NCBI RefSeq assembly: GCF_000485595.1
Contig: NW_014577074.1
Coordinates: forward strand, 1,247,420 to 1,311,419
From: Priapulus caudatus
Lineage: Eukaryota
Direction of reading: 5' to 3'
Length of the DNA stretch: 64,000 nucleotides
The notes under the pieces are model-generated. The model saw nothing but the letters and a program-made list of their open reading frames with translations, was not told the origin of the DNA and ran no database searches. Position 1 is the stretch's first letter; every line of letters starts with the position of its first letter. The position numbers were made by a program, and so were the translations under genes. Shown piece by piece: positions 37,360 to 49,860 of this stretch.

Positions 37360-40300
37360 GCTATTATCACGTTATGTTACATGAGTGCTATTACACACTT
37401 GTGCCCATAGCAACGGAAGCAGACATTTTCGGCCACCGCGGCGGAGGTTGGCCGCTGGATTTCGTAGCAGAGGCTTGTTTACACTACAGACGCTCTGATG
37501 CGGGAAGAAGTACGCTGCTGTGTCACGAGTCCTACGTGTGATGTCTTGCCTCGGGGACACTTGCAGGCAACAGACGCCACCACTGTTAGATTGCAATTAT
37601 GTGTACTGGGATACTCTCAGTCTGTGTACTGTTTCGTCTTTGAGCAGAATTTTTTACCGGCTCTTGGCCACATCTAAAGTTCAACGCTCATCATGTAGGG
37701 ACGTAATAGTTAACAGCGTTCTCCATGAGATGTTACTACACAAAGTGGCGAATACAATTGGCAAATGATTTGACTGCTCACAAAATTATGATTGAATAAT
37801 GAAATCGTCAAATTGCAGTACCGTGTAAGTGTACTAACAAATTCCGTAACTTAGTCCTTTAGTGCAAGTAACGTGCAACGGTGCAACAACCTAGTTTTGT
37901 GTAGACTAAACTACTTTATTTAATTTTTACTTAATTACTTTAGTAAAAAATGTTTTCGTACACCTTTTTTTCCTATACCCATTACCTGTTTATGCCTTAC
38001 TGCATTTGTAGAATGTAGTTGTCTGCCCATCATAGTCCTTACTTTTGCAAAGGGACATCAATCTCTTCCTCGCAGTTGTCAACTTTGTTGAATTCTTGGA
38101 TGCATACGATAGATATATATGGTAAAAGGTTCAGTGTGTATATATCCATAATCCAATGCAGAGAGCTAAAAGCCATAGCGTTGCATGGCTTTTTCTTACT
38201 CGCTCGGCTGATGCAGTATCATAGGTAAAACATGGAGTATTGATTTGAATACAAACAACATTGATAACAAGTGAAACGTTTTGCGCATATGGGACAAATT
38301 TAAGCGCATGTCAGTTGTTTAGCTATTGGGCACGAACATGAAAGCAAATTGCATTTAGTTAGTAGTGAGGGTTCTCCAAGCTTTTAAATTATAGCATGGG
38401 GGTGGTATACTCAGTGCTAGGGGGGTCCGGGGGATTTTTGAATTGTAGAAGCTCTGAGATGCAATTTGGGACACTCTGTGTGTAAATTTGAAGCACTGCA
38501 TGTGGGGTGAAAATGTTTGTTTTTCATCCATGGGCAAAGCCATCGGAAAATTCAAAATAATTAATGGAATAAAAATACCAAAATGTAGGGGTGAACTTGC
38601 TGGTTTGCTGGTTCCAAATCGAGTTCACCTCTCATAAATAAATAAAAAAATTTTTGTCACCATTGACAATGGCAGGAGTGGTCGGTAAGTGTACCAGTCT
38701 ACTCTACCTCGTGTTAGACTGGGTTACCTGGCCCGTAATAATGCCGTTGGAAATTAATTCACGATTTAATTCACGATTAAGATTTCTTGATGAGCTAGAA
38801 AACACTCGGATTTGAAGTATGAAAATGAATATTATTGTGCCAGCTAGCCTACACCAGTTGGTTGGGATTGATTGTCAGTTCAGATGCAAAATATTTAAAG
38901 CAAAAGGTTATACACCATAGATTAATTTTGGTATAGGGGATATATGTATAGGGTTAGGGTAACCCTGCTAACCCAACCGACCAAGTTGCCAACTGACTTT
39001 TTAAAATACTTATATAGTATTCTTCTTGCATGGCTTAAATGTAATTAACTTACTTTTTCACAACATTTAAAGTAATGCTAAAAACGCAACCATGAGCGAA
39101 TACGCGTTTGGCTATAAGGTAATGTACTTATTAACTACATAAGGTGCCAGTTACTGCAATCAGACAATGCTTCTGGTTTAGCCTTACCGATGTCTAACTA
39201 TGTACATAGCTTTAAAAACCATGGCTCTCCTAGCAATGGTTTGTGTACAGAATGTTGGGCTGTGTTATAGACAAAGACTATTGTATTGTCTTGCACTTGC
39301 AGTGATTTGGTCGAGTCGGTGTCCCCTTATCATGTATAGAGAATAAGAAGCTATGAAAGGTAACAGTTTATCCCTAACCAAGGGCATAAATAGGGGAGCC
39401 GGCCAGCGGCCATGCATTGAGGATTGCTGCTATACTGTAAATATGCTGCTGTTCGCGCAATCTTAATATAAATCAGCTGTAACTTCTCAATCAGTGATGC
39501 TTCATCTTCAATCATATTGTTTCTTAGGATATATAGATATTCTATAGATATGCTGCTGTCAGTGTGTGTTAATTAGATGGAGTCTGTTTCTTTGCTTGGT
39601 AGAATTCCGGAGGGTGTATGGCATTCCCGCTCAGGGACAGATGTAAGAACTGTTGAAAGATTTGAGTTAGCCAAATCGAGAGGGGTTAGTGCTACCAGAA
39701 ATTATAAACAAATATCATTGCAATCTGATGTGTTTTGTCACAATTTTCTTGCTTTTAAAAATCGTTTAGTGACTTGTTGTTTACATCAGAGCATATAAAT
39801 CAGCGTGATATTATATATACGTTGATTTATATATGCTCTGTTTACATTCTGCTTTACATTCTTATATGGATTTTCCCAATGCAACAGTAACCATGATTTA
39901 AAAATAGACAAGAACTCTAAATGCACAATGTAAGATCTCTCTGTATATATACGGTTAGCTATGTGCTTCTGTGTCACCGGACGCGTTCTTGTCTGAGCTG
40001 CCATTCACTATAATTATCCTAACAGCCAACCTCCTGTATGTTTCCGAAGAGCGTGTAAGGGTAATCAAACCCATAGCTGCTTGGAGTCAAGTGGATCCAC
40101 CTTCTGGAACCTCTCAGTTTCAGCCCAAGCCTCATTTGTTTCCCATCATCTGACACGTTAAATGGTTCACCTACTCTGGGTGATATATCTTAGGAGGCTG
40201 TAGGAAAACATGCAGGTTGGAGATTGGAACGCAAGATCTGGTAATAGGAGGAGCAGTAACTAACAGCACATTTATGTACAGCGCATGTGGACGGGGAGGG

Positions 40301-40659
40301 AGGTTGAGATGGGAACAGTAAACGTGGAAGAGAGCTGTGCACGTGTTGGAGTATAGTAAATGGGTGGCAACCGTGAACGTGGGTGGGTTGGGTTGTATAG
40401 CTCTAAGCTGGCTTACTGGCACCAATAGTGAGTGTTCGGTTTCCAGCGAATAGCGGTGACATGGCAGTGGGATTGCTGGGCTAAGATATTCGATGGAATT
40501 CTGCATTGATCTAATAGCATCCGTGTGCGGAGAGAGAAGAACACCCTAAGTCCGCCAGAAAACTCACAAGGAATGTGAGGCGTGCCAGCCGTGCAGCTGC
40601 GTACAGCAGAAAGCAACTGGCTTAGCAGAAGGGACCTGCGTCTGGTCTGCGGATGTTAT

Positions 40660-40690
40660 CAAGAGCGTATTAAGAAGGTATGCGCTCTTG
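40660..40690. mobile_element. 31-bp palindromic micro-insertion with 7-bp TSD
   Basis: ATGTTAT-caagagcgtattaagaaggtatgcgctcttg-ATATTAT. Same terminal family as 29566-29742. Confidence 0.65.
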
Positions 40691-41100
40691 ATATTATGCA
40701 CCTTATAGTTAGCGCCAATGCACGCCATGGATTAAAAAAAAACTTGATTACCACTTGGCTAATCAAAAGTGGAATTGATTAGCAAGCGTTAAAAACGTAA
40801 ACATGTCACGATCGTTTTACGAGTCAAAACCGATTTTATTTCTATTGAAATTAAAAGTCAGTGAAAAATGCAATTCATTTCAAGTTACGGCAACAAAATG
40901 ACGGATTTGCAGTTTCCTAATCCATATTAAATATAATTCGACAAGTGCGATGCGAACCCTCTCACGGCATACACTGGGCAGGACCTGTTACTGCTTGCAT
41001 ACATGTTGCTCTCACATGGGCTCAACGGCTAATAATGAACAGTAAGTGTTGGCTATTTATTGATCATTGACCATGATGGCCATGCGCTTCTCGTAGTGTG

Positions 41101-41152
<52 letters not shown>

Positions 41153-41378
41153 TGTGTAGCAAGCTACAGTTTGTGGTTCGTTGTCACTCAGTGGCATTTC
41201 ATCGGTCGTACTCTGTTACAGTTCGTGGTTCGTTGTCACTGTCAGTGTCAGCTAGTGGCATTTCATCGGTCGTACTCAGTTACAGTTCGTTATTCATCGT
41301 CAGCGACAATCCATTGTTCGTGGTCATCCATAGCTAGGAGAAATTTGTTTTAAAATAGTGCATTTCTTTTAGCGCCAA

Positions 41379-41641
41379 GGCCATCCTTAAAAAATTATAT
41401 GTTTGCTGTCTTCCTACCGACCCACGAAAATAGCCGCTCCCAAAAGTTTTTTTTTTACATTTTGGGTTCCATTTTTTTTTTTACATTCTTCATAGTTAAG
41501 ACTGAAACACAAAGCATGTGTGGCAAACATGAGGACAGACTTAAAATAACTATTATGCCTCGCAAAAAAAGACCTACCTACCTACCCACTAAAAAAATCA
41601 TGGGTCGGGGACAGCAAACATAGAATTTCTTAAGGATGGCC
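41379..41641. mobile_element. MITE with 3-bp TSD (PIF/Harbinger-like)
   Basis: TIR GGCCATCCTTAA.AAATT.TATGTTTGCTGTC with CAA on both sides. Confidence 0.8.
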
Positions 41642-42167
41642 CAAAGTCTTAGGCTTCAATATATCCAGACAATTACACCGCGTGCTACTAATTCCACAGC
41701 TGCAACACTTAGGCGCGTTGTTCGGGGAGTTGGCCGCTGTTTATTATTGTTACGTGTTTCCTTTTGGTCTGCGGGCGGCATAGGGCAGATATGTTGCAGC
41801 TGGAGAGCTCATTTTGCAGTCGTTCTCAGTAAGAATGCCGCCGCTCTAGTCTATCCTCAAAGTTTCGGTTCGTTCTCCATATCTCGATACTGCGCGAATC
41901 GCACATCATTCTCGCATGTACTCGTTCGCCACGAGAATCGCGTGTACGTGTCGTGGCAGGCATGTTCGAGGCACTTAACTTACTTTCGTAAACATTTCGT
42001 CCGCCCGACAGAGCAGATAGATCTCTCTAATCGGTTTATAGTTACACTTGCAATTTGTGGCGAACACGTGCAACTGTTAGCTTATAATGGTGCTTCGATT
42101 GATGATCATGCTGGGATGCAATCACCGTGCGGAAGCCACACGCTAACACTGATGCACTCTGTATCTC

Positions 42168-42196
42168 GCTCTCTCTCTCTCTCACTCACTCACTCA

Positions 42197-42254
<58 letters not shown>

Positions 42255-42256
42255 CG

Positions 42257-42287
<31 letters not shown>

Positions 42288-42404
42288 GTCTCTCTGTCTC
42301 TCTGTCTTTCTGTCTCTGTGTCTCTCTGTCTCTCTGTCTCTCTGTCTCTCTGTCTCTCTCTCTGTCTCTCTCTCTGTCTCTCTCTCTGTCTCTCTCTCTG
42401 TCTC

Positions 42405-42460
<56 letters not shown>

Positions 42461-42674
42461 CTTCTCGCTCTCTCTCTCTGTGCCTCTCTCTCTCTCTATC
42501 GCTATCTTTCTCTCTCGCTCGCTCTCACACTGTCTCTCTCTCTCGCTCACGGTTTCTCTCTACCTCCGTCCCTCTCTGCCTTCCTTCTTCTCTCCCTCCT
42601 TTCCTCTCTCTATCGCTATCTTTCTCTCTCGCTCGCTCTCACACTGTCTCTCTCTCTCACTCTCTCTCTCTCTC

Positions 42675-42709
<35 letters not shown>

Positions 42710-43160
42710 CACGGTTTCTCTCTACCTCCGTCCCTCTCTGCTTTCCTCCTTCTCTCCCTCCTTTCCTCTCTCTATCGCTATTTTTCTCTCTCGCTCGCTC
42801 TCACACTGTCTCTCTCTCTCTCTCACGGTTTCTCTCTACCTCCGTCCCTCTCTGCCTTCCTCCTTCTCTCCCTCCTTTCCTCTCTCTATCGCTATCTTTC
42901 TCTCTCGCTCGCTCTCACACTGTCTCTCTCTCTCTCTCTCACTGTCTCTCTCGCTCTCTCGCTCTATCACTGTTTCTCTCTCCCTCCGTCCCTCTCTGCC
43001 TTCCTCCTCTCCCTTCTTTCCTCTCTCCCTTCCTCCCTCTCCTTTCTTAATATCTCTCTCTTGTCTGTCTGTCTGTCGGTCTGTCTGGCTGGCTGGCTGT
43101 CTGTCTGTCTGTCTGTCTGTGTGTCTGTCTGTCGGTCTGTCTGTGTGTCTGTTTGTCTCT
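42168..43160. repeat. Polypyrimidine (CT)n/(CTGT)n tract with a higher-order ~120-170 bp repeat
   Basis: ctctctctatcgctatctttctctctcgctcgctctcacactg...acggtttctctctacctccgtcc occurs about four times. Confidence 0.92.
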
Positions 43161-44026
43161 CGTGCTATCTCGCCTCATCCTGCATGTGCACCTCATCATG
43201 CACACGAATGTTGGCTTCGGTAGACGACATATTCCCCATTGCAGCTGCACGAGGCTGCCCCAGCTCCGATGTCAGTTTACAGCTCTCGACAAATTGAGCG
43301 AAAATTAAACACGGCCGGCCCGAAGCTTCGCAATTTGGGAAGAGACTACAACTACTACTGTACGCGCAGGAAATAGCATGCCAATGAACCGGGGAGCTTT
43401 GTAACCCACTCCTGACTGTTTGGCTAATGATACGGCACGTGTATACTGACTGCACTGTAATTGTGTATGCTATATTTTATCGTAAATCATCCATGGGTAT
43501 ATATTATATCAAGAGTGACTGAGTCCATAATAGAAAAATAGAAAATCACCTATTATGGACTCTTGGTATATTATGGAAATCACTCAGCACATTCTTATAT
43601 ATATTTTCACAATTATTATCATTAACTTCTTCCACCAATAACTCTGTCATAAGCAATTTAGGTTTCAAAAGGCAGAGGTGGATTTTGTTGGGGCACTTGA
43701 AAAAAACTCAATAAAATTCTATGGCAAATTTTAGAATAAAACCTTTTGTAAATATACCCCTGTCGTTCTTAAAAGTAAGGCATGGGCCTGAATAGCTCTG
43801 CGGTAATTTTATATTTAACAGTAAAACCCTAAAAATAGTTAATTCATTATTGAATAATACTTACCATGAGACTCAGTCCTTGTGCCTACGCGATGGCATC
43901 TAAATAAATAATTACGGCCACAGTTAGCATTTATTATATCTAAACAATGTCTCTGCCTACTGTGGTGTAGTGTATGCGATTCAGATGCATACCAGAGCTG
44001 TTTTCACTCTGCATCAGATTGCAGAG

Positions 44027-45378
44027 TTATTGTATCCCCCGCGACGAAGTCGGCGGGGATGCTATGGTTTGATGTCTCCCCAGCCGCCGCCGCAGACAAT
44101 TTCCCTTCCGCTCTATAACTCGACCCCTAATTGACCTAGCACTACCAAACTTGGTATAATTACACATCTTGGGGAGAAGGTGAGCAGCGTACCAAAACCA
44201 GGTCACTGCGACTTTTATTTGACCTTGACCTTCATCATATTTTCCTTCCGCTCTATAACTCGGCCCCTAATTGACCTAGCACTACCAAACTTGGTATAAT
44301 TACACATCTTCGGGAGAATGTGTGTCGCGTACCAAAACCAGGTCACTGCGGCTTTTATTTGACCTTGACCTTCATCATATTTTCCTTCCGCTCTATAACT
44401 CGGCCCCTAATTGACCTAGCGCTACCAAACTTGCTATACTTACACATCTTCGGGAGAATGTGTGTCGCGTACCAAAACCAGGTCACTGCGGCTTTTATTT
44501 GACCTTTACCTTGACCATGATCATATATCCTTTCCGCTCTAACTCGGCCCCTAATTGACCTAGCGCTACCAAACTTGCTATACTTACACATCTTCGGGAG
44601 AATGTGTGTCGCGTACCAAAACCAGGTCACTGCCGGTTTTATTTGACCTTGACATTGACCTTGATCATACTTCTCCTCCGCTTTATAACTCGGCCCCTAA
44701 TTGACCTAGCGCTACTAAACTTGGTATACTTACACATCTTGTGGAGAAGGTGTGTCGTCACTACGACCTTTATTTGACCTTTACCTTGACCATGATCATA
44801 TATCCTTTCCGCTCTAACTCGGCCCCTAATTGACCTAGCGCTACCAAACTTGGTATAATTACACATCTTGGGGAGAATGTGTGTCGACACATCTTAAGGA
44901 GAATGCGTGTCGCGTACCAAAACCAGGTCACTGCGGCTTTTATTTGACCTTGACCTTGATCATATTTCCCTTCCGCTCTATAACTCGGCCCCTAATTGAC
45001 CTAGCGCTACCAAACTTGCTATACTTACACATCTTAGGGAGAATGTGTGTCGCGTACCAAAACCAGGTCACTGCGGCTTTTATTTGACATTGACCTTGAT
45101 CATATTTCCCTTCCGCTCTATAACTCGGCCCCTAATTGACCTAGCGCGACCAAACTTGGTATACTTACACTTACACATCTTGGGGAGAAGGTGTGTCGCG
45201 TACCGAAACCAAGTCACTGCAACCTTTATTTTACATTGACCTTGACCTTCATCATATTTCCCTTCCACTCTATAACTCGGCCCCTAATTGACCTAGCACG
45301 ACCAAACTTCGTATACTTACACATCTTGGGGAGAACACGGGGGATACATGTAGTTGGCGACAACTGCCTTTTCTAGTT
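44027..45378 (+). mobile_element. Helentron-type HINE with ~9 internal tandem repeats (~135-160 bp)
   Basis: 5' subTIR/hairpin tgtatcccccgc...gcggggat. Tandem units ttccgctctataactcggcccctaattgacctagc...tgaccttgacc. 3' ggggataca plus hairpin agttg..caact and CTAGTTTT. Confidence 0.85.
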
Positions 45379-47845
45379 TTTCATACGGTCATCTAGGGAA
45401 TCATCACTCTGTGTGAGGTCCAACCTGAACAGATGATTTTTTTATAGATCATCAGTGCTTTGAGTCAGTCCTTTGATACCAACACATAGAACACAAGTTG
45501 TCTCTACAATTCAGATAAAATGTGGGTGCATTTTGTCCCTAGAGCCAGTGTTAACCACTATATGCAGTGTATTAGGCGGTTCAATGATGCTATACAGGAA
45601 AGTGACAATCATGTCATTATAAAGTAAACGGTAAAACCTTTTACTGTTTTACATGTTTTACTGTTTTACATTTAATCTTTTAAGTTTTACATGATGATCA
45701 AAAGCATGGAAATTCTCCATGGAGGCATACAATCTTTCGATATAACAGGAGGTTATGAAGAATGAGAGTAACTGTAGGAAAGAGAAAACCTTAAATGAGC
45801 TGGCAAAATTTGCATTTACTGGTAATTTTATTCACCGAGTAGCAAAGGGTTGATGCAACTTATGACAGAAGATTTTATTTTAGGTAGAAGAGAAGACAAA
45901 GGTGCATGGGTAGAAAAGAACGTGGGCAGTGGTGGCAAAGAATAGGCAGGAGTGAAGAACTGGGGTGAAGTGAAAATAATGGCTGAAGAAGAAATAGTGG
46001 CAAATATCGGTACCATGCAACCTTCATAACGAAGACAACAGCTGATAATGATGATTTTGATGAAAAGCTATTAGTCTCATGCTTTTTGTTTCTTCTATAC
46101 AAAACACCTCAAGATATTCCTTTTCAATCCAATCAAATTTATTTCCTCCTCAATATTGCGAGACTGCAATTGCTTACGGACAGAGTCATTCTATGCATGC
46201 TAGTTCATTCCCTCCCGCTTTGCTTTATTCTTTTTTCAGCAATTTCTGTGTTCTGGTGTGCAGCTATTTTGTTGTCACGTGATGAGCAAGCACGTGATCA
46301 TGATGATTAGCTTCAGAATTACGGCTGGCTTCGTTTTCGGCAGTAATTATGGCAAAAAAACAATAGTCTTTGATATCTAACATTTCTGATTTAAATTATG
46401 GTCATCAGACAATGACTATTGTCACTGTCAAAGAAAGACGAAAATCGTATATATATATATATATATATATAGATGTGCGTTGGGCCTAGCTAACATTTCC
46501 CTTGAAAATCAAGTTCTGCCACACTAATAACATATAATGGTACGTCTGTGGTAACTTTAATTAGTGCTTGCAAATAATGGTTTTACACCCTTGCAAAAAA
46601 ATGAAATCTATTCTAAATTTTCCTGTTGATTTCCGTAGTCATATTACCGTACATGCTACCCAGTTTGTTTTTGTTAAGGTAATCCAAATGCTCAAGATGC
46701 ACATATCCCTTATTTTTGTCTATGACAAAAAGTCAGATTATGTGAGCTTTTCATTTCACGTCTCACATGGAGCAGTATAAGCATATAGGAATATGTTTTC
46801 TGTTGATAATGCTTGGTTTTTATGTCAAAACCAACAAACACAGTAATATATACGTCTCTAGTTTGTTGTTACGTATAAACCTGGTTTTTTGAAACAACTT
46901 ATGGAAGCCTGCTTTAATGTTTACTGTTTAGTATATATATTAATGGAATCTTGACTTTGTGTGGTGGTTTAACTTTTATACACGCAATGCATTCTTCTAA
47001 GCTACCTTTTTTCGTGTCTACATATACGTAATCGTGCCACTATTGCTGAAATGTATGAAACGCTGATGAAAATCGATTTGACAATCTATAACCTTACCCT
47101 GACTTAAAGGTGAATTTACCCTGACTGATAAAAATGAGCAAACCCCGTGACAAGCATCCCGTGTATATGACACGTTCAGTTATATTGAGTCTATCATGTT
47201 GTGTTGCTATTGTTTAGTAGCAAATTGAATATAAGTTTTCGTTCAAGACCTTATAGTTAGCGTCAAGAACGTTTAGCTCTGCCTGTGGCATTTACATCTA
47301 CGTAATGTGTTCATACGAGGAGCTGTAGAAGGGTGTTTGTTTTAAACATATTTTTGTTGGTATATTGTTGAAGTACAAAGATGTTGGTAAATTGTAATAA
47401 ATAATAATTGTTAAAGGTAAAGGTGTGATAAGCCAATTAATCACAAAATGGTTTGAATATAAGTGTGTATAGAAATTTTACACTCCAATGAAGTAAACTA
47501 ATATGAAGCAGGAAATAGGAATACACTTTTATCTTTACACTGCACAGATGCCCGGAATGCTTATAAACGAAATAGCTACGTTCGATTGATGCGTATGCGA
47601 TTGATGCGATATTAATCACATGCACTTGCTTCTGCACAAATTGAAGATTTTGACCCATCAGCAGGTTGCACTAAATGAAGCTTGCGGTTTATCGTAGCTT
47701 AGTTTTCTGTGTAGAGTGATGTCGCCAGGAATGATTCGTGTGGTGGGGGTCATAATTTCGGATTACGTGGGTGGAGGTATATTCATTAGTCTGTAGGCTA
47801 TACCTTGCTGGGAATGACAGCCGCCGTGAGTGAACCGTGAACCTC

Positions 47846-47922
47846 CTGATTTAGCAGGTTGTGGGTGGAATGTGTGCTGCCTGATTTAGCAGGTTGTGGG
47901 TGGAATGTGTGCTGCCTGATTT
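47846..47922. repeat. Perfect 35-bp tandem duplication
   Basis: cctgatttagcaggttgtgggtggaatgtgtgctg twice, plus a partial third copy. Confidence 0.9.
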
Positions 47923-49234
47923 GGTACATGTGAAGCTTATTGCAGTTCCAGACATTGTTCGCTGTGACGTTGAATACTAACCTAACTGCTGCTGTTCTAG
48001 TGCATGATATTTTGACGTTGAGCCTTCAGTTCTGCGATATAAAGGTGTGTAATACTAGAGCAAGCATCAATGGGACAAAAGGCTAGCTTGCGCATATTTA
48101 TTTTGATTTATTCATTTATACAATTGCTGTCATGTTGCCGCTAATAAAAATTTCTAATGCAATTCTAAACTATCACCTATATAGATCATACTAAGGTATC
48201 CTCTATTCGTTATGTACAGTACGTGTACATTACAAAGGAACTGTAATGCTGAAAAATGTGATTATTTTATTAATATAAGATTAGTGAAGAACGAGAATTG
48301 AAGGTCAGAAAATTACAAACGACGAAATTTCACGGTGTAAGAGAATAGCAGTTTTAGAATTGCAAACGTACGTGTTACGTTAATTCAGGTTTATTGTGTG
48401 TTTTCGAATGGCAAAAACCTGTAGAATATCCCGCGCGTATCCTGTTAGTTCTCCTGTTAGTTCTCCTGTTAGGGTGCAGTGAGCAGGGTAAATGTAGTGT
48501 AAAGCGTATTGACACATCATGACAGGTCTGTATTTTGCTAATGCATGGATCAGGTCAGTACATGTTGGCTTTCACGTGCGACGTATCGTGTTTTTCTTTT
48601 ACAAAGAAACGCAATTTTCGCGAGACACATTTCTTAAATTTGTAGTTGACGGTAGTGCCCACTGCGTGTCACCATGTTTTAGTGGTTACACATTGAATAT
48701 ACTTTCGCATTATTGTGCTATAGAAAGGTGGTCAAGTGGAGTGCTATACTCCGTTTCAATCGAACCATATCTGGAGAAAAATCGTCAACATGCGTGCGGA
48801 GTTCCTCAATGGCAGTAAAATATCAAGAGGAGGGGGGGGGTAAATAAGGTGCGTTCTCTGAATTTACAATTCATGGTCTATTTTTATTACCTAATTTTAA
48901 AAAAACATGAAATATGCTTTATACTAATACCCCACTCAAGAGTAGCTATCAAAGAGTCTATAATTTTACATCAATGAATAAAGCCAAAATTTCATTTTTA
49001 CGTGTGTTACAAGGTGCAGACCGTGTCTATATTTGGGATATAGGGGCATGCTGAATAAGGATATCCACAGTTAGACAAAAGTTCATGTTTGCATCGCCGT
49101 CTCACTTAGTATTGACAGCTCTTTTTGTGTGAAACTCCAGCGTTTAAGGTGCCTAAAGCTATCAGTATCTGAAACAAACTCTTCTCTATATAGTGTCATA
49201 AATAGTGTAACATAGGCCGGACTAGAAGAACTAC

Positions 49235-49341
49235 TAGAAGTAGAAGTAGTGGTAGTGGTGGTGGTATGGTGGTGGTGGCAGCAGTAGCAGCAGCAGCAGC
49301 AGCAGCCGCAGCCGTTGTGCCAACAGGACCACCACCACCGC

Positions 49342-49379
<38 letters not shown>

Positions 49380-49422
49380 GCAGCAGGCGCAGTAGCAGCA
49401 GCATGCGCAGTGCCAGCAGTAA
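49235..49422. repeat. (GTG/GTA)n and (CAG)n triplet repeats
   Basis: Direct reading. Confidence 0.9.
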
Positions 49423-49694
49423 CAGAGGCAATGATCAGCTTCGAATGTCATGCTGAGGCACGTATTCTGGATAATCAACACGTAAACCGGCTCCAATATT
49501 AGTCGGGGTTTGTGTGGTCTTGTCCAGTCGATGTACGCCATCGGCAAGCACTGACCGCGCTTAATGAGATATGGTTGTCACGAAGGTGAGATTAATGTCG
49601 TGGGAAGCATTCCACGAGGAACCTTCAGTGTAATCCGAGCGGTAACCCGGCTGTGGATGACTATAGTTGCAGTACGGTGATGCAGAGTGAACTA

Positions 49695-49860
49695 ATAGTA
49701 TCCGATTATTACTGAGGAAATTTAGTGTTCGATTATCATTGAGTGAACTATAAGTGTTTAATTGTTACTGAGTGAACTTGGTGTTCGATTATTATTGAGT
49801 TTAAACTTAGTGTTCGGGTACTATTACGAAGTAAACGTCTTGTTCGATTATTATCAAGTC
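49695..49860. repeat. Degenerate ~27-bp tandem repeat
   Basis: About six units of agtgttcgattattattgagtgaact. Confidence 0.7.

Noticed and set aside
39570..40620. Possible decayed coding or retroelement fragment
   Set aside because: The composition looks coding-like, but I could not recognise a convincing motif in any frame.
41636..43297. 553-aa Ser/Leu-rich ORF
   Set aside because: It is open only because of the (CT)n tract and has no recognisable domain.
44100..45340. CRISPR-like or coding repeat array
   Set aside because: The units are contiguous near-identical repeats with no unique spacers, lie inside HINE termini, and are in eukaryotic DNA.
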